A DNA stretch of 64,000 nucleotides, taken from assembly GCA_030593145.1 (NCBI GenBank), contig JAUVHU010000005.1, positions 1,502-65,501 on the forward strand, given 5' to 3'. Below, piece by piece: positions 44,310 through 52,713 of the stretch (the first letter of the stretch is position 1; each line of letters opens with the position of its first letter). Source of the stretch: Desulfobacteraceae bacterium. Lineage in GTDB: Bacteria; Desulfobacterota; Desulfobacteria; Desulfobacterales; ETH-SRB1. The position numbers and the translations under genes were made by a program. Under the pieces are notes generated by a model that was not told the origin of the DNA, did not search any database, and worked only from the letters and a program-made list of their open reading frames with translations.

Positions 44310-45692
44310 ATGTCTGGTATCGATGTATTGAATATCGCAAAAGATAGTCTGTTGAGTCATCAGACCGCGATAAATCTTACGGGGACCAATATTGCAAATG
44401 CAAACACCCCTGGATATTCGAGGCAGCGAGCTGCATTCAGCACCTTGGTTGAAAGTGTTGAGATAGCAGGGATAGAAAGGATATATGATCAGTTTCTCGG
44501 GGTTCAGATCAATGAGCAGGCGAATGATCTGGGGGACAGTGAAGCTAAAAAGGACGCGCTGGGCAGGATTGAAATGACCTTTAATGAGACTGACGGCGGC
44601 GGAATTAATGAATTATTGAATAAATTCTGGGGCGCCTGGGAGGATTTGTCCGCGAATCCTTCAGGGCAGGCTGAAAGACAGACGCTGGTTTCCGTTTCCC
44701 AGAGTCTGACTTCCCTGTTTCGCTCATATAGCGATGAGCTCCTTTCCGCGCAGGATGACGCAAATGCACGGATACCGGTTCTGGTGGATCAGGTCAACGA
44801 CTATGCTTCGGATATAGCCGATATAAACGCCAGAATTTTACAGGCCGGAACGGATGATAAGGATGATCCCGGTCTGAATAGTCTCAGAGACAAAAGAGCA
44901 AATGTTTTATCAGAGCTGGCTGAGCTTGTCGATTTCCATTATGTCAAGGATTCAAAGGATTCAATAAGCGTTTTTCTGTCCAATGGTATGCCGCTGGTAG
45001 AAGGTGGCGAGACGTGGGAACTTGATGTTGTGACGGAGAACCACGCCGAAAATCCTTCTTTTTATGACGTTGTTTTCGAAGATGCTACCGATGTAGTGAT
45101 TAATAGTTCTATAACAAAAGGAAAACTGGCGGCTTTCCTGGAGGTTCGCGATACCACGGCAAAGGGTTATATGGACAGTCTTGATGCTCTCGCTGCCGCC
45201 CTTGTTGAAAAGGTGAACGATCAGCATAAACTGGGGTATGATATGAATCAAAATCTGGGTGAAGATTTCTTTGTTTTTGACATAGTTCCAGAAGTCGAAG
45301 AGGCCAGATATATGAAAGTCAGCGCCGCTATCATAGCCGATATAAATAAAATAGCGGCATCTGAGACTGTCAATGGCGATGGCGGAAATGCCGTAAGTAT
45401 GAATACTATAAAAGATGAACTGACTATGGACGACGGCAAATCGACTTTCAGCAGCTACTATTCGTCTCTCGTGGCGCAGGTCGGTCAGGATGTTGCATAT
45501 GTGAACAGGAGTTTTGATCATCATACAAATCTCATGAGTCAGTTGACGAACAGAAGAGAGGGGATTTCCGGGGTGTCGATTGATGAAGAGATGATGAACC
45601 TTATCAGGTATCAGACCGGTTATAACGCGTCGGCCAGACTTTTTGGCGCCGCACAGGAACTGGGAGATACTCTGATGAACCTGGTGCGGTAG
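44310..45692 (+). CDS. flgK: Hook-filament junction protein FlgK.
   Basis: 460 aa. The N-terminus is AINLTGTNIANANTPGYSRQ. The C-terminus is VSIDEEMMNLIRYQTGYNASARLFGAAQELGDTLMNL. Confidence 0.9.
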   Translation: MSGIDVLNIAKDSLLSHQTAINLTGTNIANANTPGYSRQRAAFSTLVESVEIAGIERIYDQFLGVQINEQANDLGDSEAKKDALGRIEMTFNETDGGGINELLNKFWGAWEDLSANPSGQAERQTLVSVSQSLTSLFRSYSDELLSAQDDANARIPVLVDQVNDYASDIADINARILQAGTDDKDDPGLNSLRDKRANVLSELAELVDFHYVKDSKDSISVFLSNGMPLVEGGETWELDVVTENHAENPSFYDVVFEDATDVVINSSITKGKLAAFLEVRDTTAKGYMDSLDALAAALVEKVNDQHKLGYDMNQNLGEDFFVFDIVPEVEEARYMKVSAAIIADINKIAASETVNGDGGNAVSMNTIKDELTMDDGKSTFSSYYSSLVAQVGQDVAYVNRSFDHHTNLMSQLTNRREGISGVSIDEEMMNLIRYQTGYNASARLFGAAQELGDTLMNLVR

Positions 45693-45772
45693 AGAGATTA
45701 GAAGTCGGAGGTCAGAAGATTAGAGGGTTAGGTTGAGGCAATTCTTTGTTTTTTATCAATTACCCAACATGT
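45693..45772 (+). repeat. Family D element, copy D3.
   Basis: AGAGATTAGAAGTCGGAGGTCAGAAGATTAGAGGGTTAGGTTGAGGCAATTCTTTGTTTTTTATCAATTACCCAACATG. Confidence 0.85.
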
Positions 45773-45787
45773 CTGTGAGGCAGTATT

Positions 45788-47023
45788 ATGGTAATGCGTA
45801 TATCGGAAAACATAAAGTTTAGTACAATAGTCGATAATATGTTTAAGTCTCAGGACAGTTATAATAAACTCGCTGAAAAAATTGCTTCACTAAAGGAAAT
45901 TAACAGGCCGTCGGATGATCCAATCGGCATGAACAGGGTGCTGAACTTGCGAGAATCCAGGGCATCCGTCGAGCAGTACACCCGGAATATGGATGGTTGT
46001 GAATCATGGCTCACAATCACGGAATCAAAACTGTCGGCTGCGGGCGACCTTCTAATAAAGGCCAGGGAAGTGGCTGTTGCCCAGTCAACGGCGACTGCAT
46101 CTGCTGAGATGCGAAACGCTGAAGCGGGAACTGTGCAGCAGCTTATAGATGAAATGCTTGCCCTTGCTAATTCAAAGTATGAGGGCAGGTATCTCTTTTC
46201 GGGCGCGAAAACGGGAGAAGAGCCTTTTTCATCTTCCGTAGGATCTGCCGCTATAGGAACGGCTGCCGCGGCTGATGGAAATACATTTGACGGTGACGTG
46301 ACATCCAGTGGTACATATACAGGCAGTGTAAACAAGACTTATGTGGTGAAGATTACCGATTGGGATAATGTGACAGAAACGGCAACTTATGATGTATCTG
46401 ATGATGGAGGAACAAGCTGGATATCAACAGGGAAAACCTTTATATTGCCGGATGGTGGTTCAGTAGATACCGGTGCCGGAGACATAGGTGATGGCATAGT
46501 TTTGACCTTTGATGATACCGGTGCGGCTGATCCTGAGCTGGCCGATGGTGATATCTTTTATGTCCACGCCCTTGCCGCAGGATATTACAACGGCAACGGC
46601 GAAGAAATGTCCGTTAATATCGGCGAAGGAACCTCCTTTGCTTACTCCATTTCAGGTGAAGCAGCCTTTACGGACAAGGGGGAGGGGAGTGTTGAAATAT
46701 TCGAGGTTCTTAATGAGTTAAAGACGGCGCTGGAGAATAACGATCCGGACGGCATAGCGTCCTGCTTAGACGGTCTCAAGGATGCGTCTGATCAAATATC
46801 GAAAAATATTTCCAGGTGCGGCGCCAGGATGAACAGATTAGAGATAGCGAAAAACAACATGGCTGATATGGAGATGGATTTGACCGGGCTGATTTCTAAG
46901 GTAGAAGATGCAGATATATCTGAAATAATTACCAAGCTTGCTATGAAAGAGATTGTCTTGAAGGCCTCGTACAGTGTGGCATCAAGGATAGGAAATTTAA
47001 CAATACTCGATTTTCTCAGATGA
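45788..47023 (+). CDS. flgL: Hook-filament junction protein FlgL.
   Basis: 411 aa. The flagellin-like N-terminus is PSDDPIGMNRVLNLRESRASVEQYTRN. The C-terminus is RMNRLEIAKNNMADMEMDLTGLISKVEDADISEIITKLAMKE. Confidence 0.85.
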   Translation: MVMRISENIKFSTIVDNMFKSQDSYNKLAEKIASLKEINRPSDDPIGMNRVLNLRESRASVEQYTRNMDGCESWLTITESKLSAAGDLLIKAREVAVAQSTATASAEMRNAEAGTVQQLIDEMLALANSKYEGRYLFSGAKTGEEPFSSSVGSAAIGTAAAADGNTFDGDVTSSGTYTGSVNKTYVVKITDWDNVTETATYDVSDDGGTSWISTGKTFILPDGGSVDTGAGDIGDGIVLTFDDTGAADPELADGDIFYVHALAAGYYNGNGEEMSVNIGEGTSFAYSISGEAAFTDKGEGSVEIFEVLNELKTALENNDPDGIASCLDGLKDASDQISKNISRCGARMNRLEIAKNNMADMEMDLTGLISKVEDADISEIITKLAMKEIVLKASYSVASRIGNLTILDFLR

Positions 47024-47030
47024 ATCAGGT

Positions 47031-47138
47031 GGATAGATTGAGGAATTGGGGAATTGAGGGATTGAGGAATTAAAATCAATAGAACACCTTCAATTTCTGA
47101 ATTCCTTAATTCCTGAATTCACAATTAAGCGAAGCGAA
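47031..47138. repeat. Family E hairpin, second copy.
   Basis: GGATAGATTGAGGAATTGGGGAATTGAGGGATTGAGGAATTAAAATCAATAGAACACCTTCAATTTCTGAATTCCTTAATTCCTGAATTCACAATTAAGCGAAGCGAA. Confidence 0.85.
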
Positions 47139-47145
47139 AAATAAT

Positions 47146-47394
47146 ATGCTAATCCTGACAAGGAAGTTAGGGGAATCAATCAGAATCGGTGATAATATAA
47201 AGATTACTGTTTCTGATATAAAAGGTAAACAGATAAGAATAGGGATTGAAGCGCCAGAAGACGTAGCTGTTCATCGCGAAGAGGTTTACCGGGTGATCAG
47301 GGAGAATGTTCTGGCAGCAGGATACGATGTTTCAAATGATAATAGCCTGTCTCATGTATGGAACAGGTTGAAAAATCCGAAGGAGGAAGTTTAG
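47146..47394 (+). CDS. csrA: Carbon storage / translational regulator CsrA.
   Basis: [48 protein letters not shown] is an almost textbook CsrA core. Confidence 0.95.
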   Translation: MLILTRKLGESIRIGDNIKITVSDIKGKQIRIGIEAPEDVAVHREEVYRVIRENVLAAGYDVSNDNSLSHVWNRLKNPKEEV

Positions 47395-47882
47395 TGAGAA
47401 TTTCTACCACCCGCTTTGGAGATATAAGTATTGATGAAGCCAGGGTTATTAAGATAAAAGATGGGATGTTGGGTTTTGAACACTTGAAAAAATATGTATT
47501 CTTAATCCATGATGAAAAGATTCCCTTCTGGTGGCTGCAGTCCATTGATGATGGTTCGGTAGCTTTTGTCGTTATCAACTCCCTTGCCGTAAAACCGGAT
47601 TACGAACCGGTGATATCTGATGATGAAGTGAAATTGCTTGAAATCGCATTGCCTGAAGATGCGGTTTTGTTTTCTGTTGTAACGATCTGTTCTGATCCGT
47701 TCAAGGTAACGGCAAACCTGAGAGCTCCCATTGTGATCAACGCAAAAAAAATGCTGGGAAAACAGATTATCCTTGTTGAATCGGATTATCCTGTTCAGTA
47801 TCCAATAACAGAAAATAAGGTATTTCTCGAAGAAAAGGCATACAAAAAAGGAGAAATGATTTCTTCCGCTCTGGCTCTGTAA
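47394..47882 (+). CDS. fliW: Flagellar assembly factor FliW (CsrA antagonist).
   Basis: [37 protein letters not shown] is the typical FliW start. GTG 47394 overlaps the csrA stop (TAGTG) and has an AGGAGGA SD 6 nt upstream. The ORF-track start 47358 is inside csrA. Confidence 0.9.
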   Translation: MRISTTRFGDISIDEARVIKIKDGMLGFEHLKKYVFLIHDEKIPFWWLQSIDDGSVAFVVINSLAVKPDYEPVISDDEVKLLEIALPEDAVLFSVVTICSDPFKVTANLRAPIVINAKKMLGKQIILVESDYPVQYPITENKVFLEEKAYKKGEMISSALAL

Positions 47883-47890
47883 AACAGATA

Positions 47891-47968
47891 GATAGGCTGA
47901 AGGCATTTAGGTTGTAGGTTACAAAAACTAATCGCCTTCAGTCTAAACAATCTTAGTAATTACAATAT
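47891..47968. repeat. Family H hairpin (TAGGCTGAAGGC / GCCTTCAGTCT) with a CAGTCTAAACAATCTTAGTAATTAC core.
   Basis: GATAGGCTGAAGGCATTTAGGTTGTAGGTTACAAAAACTAATCGCCTTCAGTCTAAACAATCTTAGTAATTAC. Related cores lie at about 49110 and about 49253. Confidence 0.8.
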
Positions 47969-47970
47969 AG

Positions 47971-48175
47971 CGGTTAGGCGTTAACCTCTTGATAAAACAA
48001 AGAGCTGCTTCAACTTGTCCCTTAATCTTCTAATCCATTAAATCTCTAAATTCCTTTTTTGTTCCTTTGACCTCTAATCTCCGATTCCTGATCCTGATCT
48101 CTAATTCCCAGCTTCTAATTTCCAATCCGATTTCCGGCCCCTGATCCCCTCCCTACGATCCTTGTCTCCAATCGA
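47971..48175 (-). repeat. Family D core in inverted orientation (D4), followed by a ~145-nt C-rich multi-word arm.
   Basis: TTGATAAAACAAAGAGCTGCTTCAAC is the reverse complement of the D core. It is followed by CCCTTAATCTTCTAATCC..CCTCTAATCTCCGATTCCTGATCCTGATCTCTAATTCCCAGCTTCTAATTTCC..CCCCTGATCCCCTCC. Confidence 0.85.
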
Positions 48176-48185
48176 CTTCATAAGA

Positions 48186-48201
48186 TGGCATGAGTTTTGC
48201 T
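48186..48201 (+). promoter_or_regulatory. Sigma54 promoter of the GGDEF gene.
   Basis: TGGCAT-GAGTT-TTGCT with exact spacing, 40 nt upstream of ATG 48242. Confidence 0.65.
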
Positions 48202-48241
48202 TAACATTTAAGCAATATATTTTTAAGGAAAGGATAATGTC

Positions 48242-49063
48242 ATGAAAAATATCGGGGAATTAAAACATCCAGATCTGGCTGTAGCGGCACCTGTCTGCGT
48301 TACGGCCGCGACAGGCAGGCAGCAGACAAGTGGGTTGCTCGACCAGGGATTTTGTTTTTTCAACCGGTTGGTTGAAATCGGTGATGATGTTGCTGAAAAG
48401 AACAGACAACTATTTATTGAAAATCTTAACCTTCAATCTGAAATAAAGAGGCTGAAAAAGATTAGTTTTATTGACGCTGCAACGGGAATCTATAATAAAA
48501 GGTATTTGCAGATAAGGCTTGAAGAAGAATTTGCCAGAGCGCGAAGGTATGGTTCTCCGCTTTCCTCTATTTTTATTGATTTGGATAACTTTAAATCTAT
48601 TAATGATACACATGGCCATATTATTGGTGACAAGCTGCTCAAAGATGTGGCCTCTGTTTTGGAGGATTTGTGCCGCAGTGAAGATGTGCTGATTCGTTTT
48701 GGGGGTGAGGAGTTTGTCGTCCTCATGTCAGATACAGGCAGTTCTGAAGCCGTTATACTGGCTGAAAGAATCAGGAAAAAAGTTAAAGAATATCTTTTTT
48801 CCTATGGAGATATCAAGATTTCAATATCTGCAAGTTTGGGTGTAAGTACTCTTAATAATGGCGACTTTAAATATGTGAGCGATCCGGAACAGTTGATACG
48901 TATGGCGGATAGAGCAATGTACATGGTTAAACAGAACGGCAAAAATAATACATGCTATTTGCCCTTTCGTTCTGAAAAAGGCAATCCAGTTCCTTCACCT
49001 GTTTGCCGCTTGCCTGTGCAATCGCACGTAGACAGGTGCCGGCACAGTCAGGGGAGTTGCTGA
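48242..49063 (+). CDS. Diguanylate cyclase (GGDEF domain, active-site GGEEF, RxxD I-site present).
   Basis: Motifs are DAATGIYNKRYL, FIDLDNFKSINDTHGHIIGD, and RSEDVLIRFGGEEF. Both termini overlap GC-rich repeat motifs (48289-48323, 48997-49046), so the ends are uncertain. Confidence 0.85.
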   Translation: MKNIGELKHPDLAVAAPVCVTAATGRQQTSGLLDQGFCFFNRLVEIGDDVAEKNRQLFIENLNLQSEIKRLKKISFIDAATGIYNKRYLQIRLEEEFARARRYGSPLSSIFIDLDNFKSINDTHGHIIGDKLLKDVASVLEDLCRSEDVLIRFGGEEFVVLMSDTGSSEAVILAERIRKKVKEYLFSYGDIKISISASLGVSTLNNGDFKYVSDPEQLIRMADRAMYMVKQNGKNNTCYLPFRSEKGNPVPSPVCRLPVQSHVDRCRHSQGSC

Positions 49064-49071
49064 GCTGCAAT

Positions 49072-49170
49072 ATGAGTAACCACTCATAGATGAAGCTATA
49101 AACTAACAGCCTGCAGTCTAAAAACTTGAGTAGACGCCTATAGCCTAAGTAACCTGAGTGGTTACAATTT
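49072..49170. repeat. Hairpin GAGTAACCACTCA / TGAGTGGTTAC with a family H-like core.
   Basis: GAGTAACCACTCATAGATGAAGCTATAAACTAACAGCCTGCAGTCTAAAAACTTGAGTAGACGCCTATAGCCTAAGTAACCTGAGTGGTTAC. Confidence 0.8.
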
Positions 49171-49561
49171 GAGATTTTTCGGCTAACACCTTAGAGTGAC
49201 ATTAATACCCTCCTATGTTTTCTTGTTTCCACGCTTCTGTGTGGGGATGTATAACAGTCTAAACAACTCGAGTAGTTACTCCTGATTTTTAATGGGAAAA
49301 ATTTTCCGGTACGGGAAATTTTTTTTGCATTGTTCTTATGCTTAGCATTTTTTATCTTCTTTTTCATTCTTTCCAATTATTTCAATTGATTAAATGTCAT
49401 GAAATGTATTTATAGTGACAAAAAAGATTTTTTTAAGTCTATTACCTAAATTGAGTACTTTTTGATCAGCTTTGATACCCCGTCCACTTGCGGCGGGGAG
49501 CTTCATTTTTTGCCGATTACAATGGTTGCATTAGATAAAATCGTTGCAAATTGTCCAATTC

Positions 49562-49590
49562 TTGTATACAAAAAAAGACCTTTGTATAAT
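49562..49590 (+). promoter_or_regulatory. Candidate sigma70-type promoter for the che operon.
   Basis: TTGTAT - 17 nt - TATAAT, about 285 nt upstream of the cheW ATG. No other support. Confidence 0.35.
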
Positions 49591-49681
49591 TCCCACTTTT
49601 GCCCACTTTTGGTCATTGCGAGGAGTGAAACTACGAAGTAGTTTCGTGGCTTATCAATATATTATAAGATTGCTTTGCTCG

Positions 49682-49711
49682 CGCAGCGCAGGCGTTTGCG
49701 CCGCGTGTCGT
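49682..49711 (-). repeat. GC-rich 30-mer, solo inverted copy of the insertion found inside element F2.
   Basis: CTCGCGCAGCGCAGGCGTTTGCGCCGCGTG is the reverse complement (1 mismatch) of CACGCGGCGCAAGCGCCTGCGCTGCGCGAG at 61639-61668. Confidence 0.9.
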
Positions 49712-49797
49712 TCGTAACGACAATTGGTGTTTTGCAAAGGTCTCAAAAGTTGGTTTGACGGCTTACTCTACTTTACTTCAGAAGTAGCTATATTGTT

Positions 49798-49858
49798 TGT
49801 TGAATGGTTAACTAATAACCACTCGACTAATTTCCTGCTCGACCACTCGACCAATAAC
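49798..49858. repeat. Family C element whose right segment matches the fliL leader copy.
   Basis: GTTGAATGGTTAACTAATAACCACTCGACTAATTTCCTGCTCGACCACTCGACCAATAAC. Compare 22951-22985, CTTGACCAATTTCCTGCTTGACCACTCGACCAATA. Confidence 0.9.
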
Positions 49859-49873
49859 AAAGGAGACAAAAAA

Positions 49874-50386
49874 ATGACGGAATTAACGGAAACAATGGAC
49901 CAGGCCGTAAAGATTATGAAAGACAGAAAAGGAAAATATCTTACCTTTTCTCTGGCGGGTGAAGAATACGGCATAGGCATTTTGAAGATCAAGGAGATCA
50001 TAGGGATGATGCCGATTACCACGGTGCCCAGGACACCGGAGTTTGTGAAAGGGGTGATAAACCTTCGCGGCAAGGTCATTCCCGTGATTGATTTAAGACT
50101 GAGGTTCGGAATGGAAAAGATCGACTATACTGAACGCACCTGCATAATCGTTGTCGAGCTCAAAAACCGGGGAATAGACATCCTGATTGGCGTAGTGGTC
50201 GATTCTGTCTCAGAAGTACTAAACATCAAAGCCGAGGACATTGAAGATACGCCGACATTCGGAATTAGCCTGGATACAGCCTACATCCTTGGCATGGCCA
50301 AGATGGAAGGAGGGGTCAAGATACTGCTCGATATTGACATGGTGTTTAGCAGCGAAGAAATAGCCGCCTTGGAAAACGCGGCATAG
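49874..50386 (+). CDS. cheW: Chemotaxis coupling protein CheW.
   Basis: KYLTFSLAGEEYGIGILKIKEIIGMMPITTVPRTPEFVKGVINLRGKVIPVIDLRLRFG is a typical CheW sequence. ATG 49874 follows an AAAGGAGA SD. The ORF-track start 49724 runs through repeats. Confidence 0.9.
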   Translation: MTELTETMDQAVKIMKDRKGKYLTFSLAGEEYGIGILKIKEIIGMMPITTVPRTPEFVKGVINLRGKVIPVIDLRLRFGMEKIDYTERTCIIVVELKNRGIDILIGVVVDSVSEVLNIKAEDIEDTPTFGISLDTAYILGMAKMEGGVKILLDIDMVFSSEEIAALENAA

Positions 50387-50569
50387 CTGGATGTTCGCTG
50401 CTGGTTACTCGTTAATAGTTGCTGGTTGATTGGATGATTGAAGCTCTTAATCGACAATTGTCAATCCTGTGGCCAATGACCAAAAAATGTAGGGCAATAA
50501 TGTTCAAGAATATAAAAATAGGCACAAAGATAGCGTTAGGATTTGCAAAGGATTTTAAAAGGAGAACAG

Positions 50570-51070
50570 ATGATGTTAACAAGAGCAAAAAAATATTCGA
50601 TCAAAAGCTTTTGCATCTACATCCTGTTTTTAATCTTGCTGTTATGTTATGCTCCTTTCGGTAGCGGCGGATGTGAAGCATCGGATAAAATCTATATTGG
50701 TTCGGATGCATGCATGGAATGTCATGAAGCAGAGTATAAAAGCTTTAAAACATTTTCGCACAAAAGAAATTCATTCAAGTCTATCAAAACCATGAAAAAA
50801 AGATTGATTGATGAAGAGTTTAGAGGATGCTTTGAATGCCATACTACAGGATACGGCAAACCAGGTGGGTTTAAATCAGAAGCCGAAACCCCGCATCTTA
50901 AAAACGCAGGCTGTGAAGTCTGTCATGGTCAGGGCAGTATTCATGTGGAAACAGGCGACCCTGAGGATATCGATGGACAGTTGACAGTGAAGGTGTGTGA
51001 AACATGCCATAATTTAGAACGCGTGGGAGCCTTTCATTATAAGCCCTTAATTTATGGGGGGGCGCACTAA
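50570..51070 (+). CDS. Small tetraheme c-type cytochrome (secreted, possibly a lipoprotein).
   Basis: There are four CxxCH motifs (CMECH, CFECH, CEVCH, CETCH). The hydrophobic N-terminus ends ..FGSGGC. An AAGGAG SD lies 6 nt before ATG 50570. The stop overlaps the MCP start (TAATG). Confidence 0.8.
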   Translation: MMLTRAKKYSIKSFCIYILFLILLLCYAPFGSGGCEASDKIYIGSDACMECHEAEYKSFKTFSHKRNSFKSIKTMKKRLIDEEFRGCFECHTTGYGKPGGFKSEAETPHLKNAGCEVCHGQGSIHVETGDPEDIDGQLTVKVCETCHNLERVGAFHYKPLIYGGAH

Positions 51071-52710
51071 TGGAAAACAAAACGACAAAAGGTATGCCGT
51101 TTATGATCGGTGGACTCGCGACTCTCTTTTCACTTGTTCTTGGTTCTATAATCTATATTAATATCTCAGACCAACGGAAACATATTAAAGCAGAGGTCTA
51201 TCATACAACAAATATGCTTGCAGACACATTCTATAACGGCATGATGTATCCAATGGCTATAGGTGATTCTGAAGCTGTCGAACACCAGATGGAAGGGTTC
51301 AGAGACCTTATGGAAGAAGGGGAAGAGGTCTTAGTCTTCGGTTTTGACGAGCATATAACTTATGCCTCTGAAAAAGAGAGAATCGGGAGCAGTGTAACCG
51401 AATTGACTGATTCATCCGATCTCAGAGCCGCAATCAATCAATTGATACAAAACGGTAAATCCGATCAGACCGGATATGAAGAAACCGTAAAAGGAAAGCC
51501 CTGTTTGACTACGATTCGCCCAATTTTGAACGAAAATCGCTGCTTTCACTGCCATGGTTCAAGCCAGCCCGTCCTCGGAGTCTTGATGATACGAGAGAGT
51601 GTCGAAAAGATGTATAAAGACCTTGGAAAGCTCCGTAACAAGAATATAATTATAGGCCTTTCCGGAAGCTTAATTGTTATCCTGATGCTTTTTTTATTAA
51701 TTTCGAGAGTGGTTATTCGTCCCATTAAAAGAATTGCAACTATACTGCATGATCTTGTCGGCCAGATAGCCTCAGCTTCAGGTCAGGTTTCATCCGCCAG
51801 TCAGTTTCTTGCCGAAGGATCATCCGAACAGGCAACCGCAATCGAAGAGACATCATCCTCCCTTGAAGAGATGTCCTCCATGACTAAACAGAACGCGGAT
51901 AATGCAAGTCAAGTGGACAGTCTTATGAAAGAAACCAGCCATGTGGTATCAGATGCCAACTCTTCCATGACCGAGCTTACCACATCCATGGAAGATATTT
52001 CAAAGGCTAGCGATGAAACCCAGAAGGTTGTCAAAACAATAGATGAAATCGCGTTCCAAACTAATCTGCTTGCCTTAAATGCGGCTGTGGAAGCAGCCAG
52101 AGCAGGTGAGGCAGGAGCAGGTTTTGCAGTGGTGGCTGAAGAGGTCAGAAATCTCGCGCTCCGTTCCGCCGACGCGGCCAAAAACACGGCTGAGCTGATA
52201 GATGGAACGGTAAAAAAGGTTAAAAACGGATCCGAACTGGCAACGCAAACCAATGATGCATTCAGCAAGGTTGCGGAAAGCTCCTCCAAAGTAGGAGAAC
52301 TGGTTGCCGAGATCTCCGCGGCATCGAATGAACAGGCCCAGGGTATTGAACAGACAAACACAGCTGTAGCCGAGATGGATAAGGTAATCCAGCAGACCGC
52401 AGCCAATGCCGAAGAATCAGCTTCCGCCTCTGAGGAGATGAACACACAGGTAGAGCAGATGATGGGGGTTGTAGAAGAACTGGAAGTCTTGGTTGGCGGA
52501 GGCAGTGGGCAGAGGTCGGAGAGTAAGGAGGATATCGTGCAGATGAGTTTGCCAAAGGGTTCTGGCGGACATACAGGTCATATTATAGAGCCTGTTTTCA
52601 GAACAGGCAATCGGGCAGTCCGCGAAACAAAACCGGAAATTAGTCAGAGCGCGGAAGTTGCGTCTGATCGGATAATTCCTTTAGATGAAGAGGATTTTAG
52701 GAGTTTTTAG
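51070..52710 (+). CDS. Methyl-accepting chemotaxis protein with a CxxCH heme-c motif in its periplasmic sensor domain.
   Basis: There are two TM helices (about aa 10-30 and aa 195-215), with CFHCH between them. The conserved signalling tip is [40 protein letters not shown]. The C-terminal DFRSF fits the aromatic-xx-aromatic pentapeptide pattern. Confidence 0.9.
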   Translation: MENKTTKGMPFMIGGLATLFSLVLGSIIYINISDQRKHIKAEVYHTTNMLADTFYNGMMYPMAIGDSEAVEHQMEGFRDLMEEGEEVLVFGFDEHITYASEKERIGSSVTELTDSSDLRAAINQLIQNGKSDQTGYEETVKGKPCLTTIRPILNENRCFHCHGSSQPVLGVLMIRESVEKMYKDLGKLRNKNIIIGLSGSLIVILMLFLLISRVVIRPIKRIATILHDLVGQIASASGQVSSASQFLAEGSSEQATAIEETSSSLEEMSSMTKQNADNASQVDSLMKETSHVVSDANSSMTELTTSMEDISKASDETQKVVKTIDEIAFQTNLLALNAAVEAARAGEAGAGFAVVAEEVRNLALRSADAAKNTAELIDGTVKKVKNGSELATQTNDAFSKVAESSSKVGELVAEISAASNEQAQGIEQTNTAVAEMDKVIQQTAANAEESASASEEMNTQVEQMMGVVEELEVLVGGGSGQRSESKEDIVQMSLPKGSGGHTGHIIEPVFRTGNRAVRETKPEISQSAEVASDRIIPLDEEDFRSF

Positions 52711-52713
52711 CCT

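Noticed and set aside
47891-47950. The hairpin after fliW as an intrinsic terminator.
   Set aside because: It has a good 11-bp stem (with one G-U pair), but no downstream T-run follows. It matches the family H repeat, so I list it only as a repeat.
49191-49376. 61-aa minus-strand ORF in the large gap before cheW.
   Set aside because: It is a Lys/Arg-rich translation of an AT-rich tract, has no SD or recognisable domain, and overlaps repeat cores.
50419-50664. 81-aa + ORF upstream of and overlapping the cytochrome gene.
   Set aside because: It is out of frame with the cytochrome, which has a clear SD, signal sequence and four heme motifs. It has no SD of its own and no recognisable motif.
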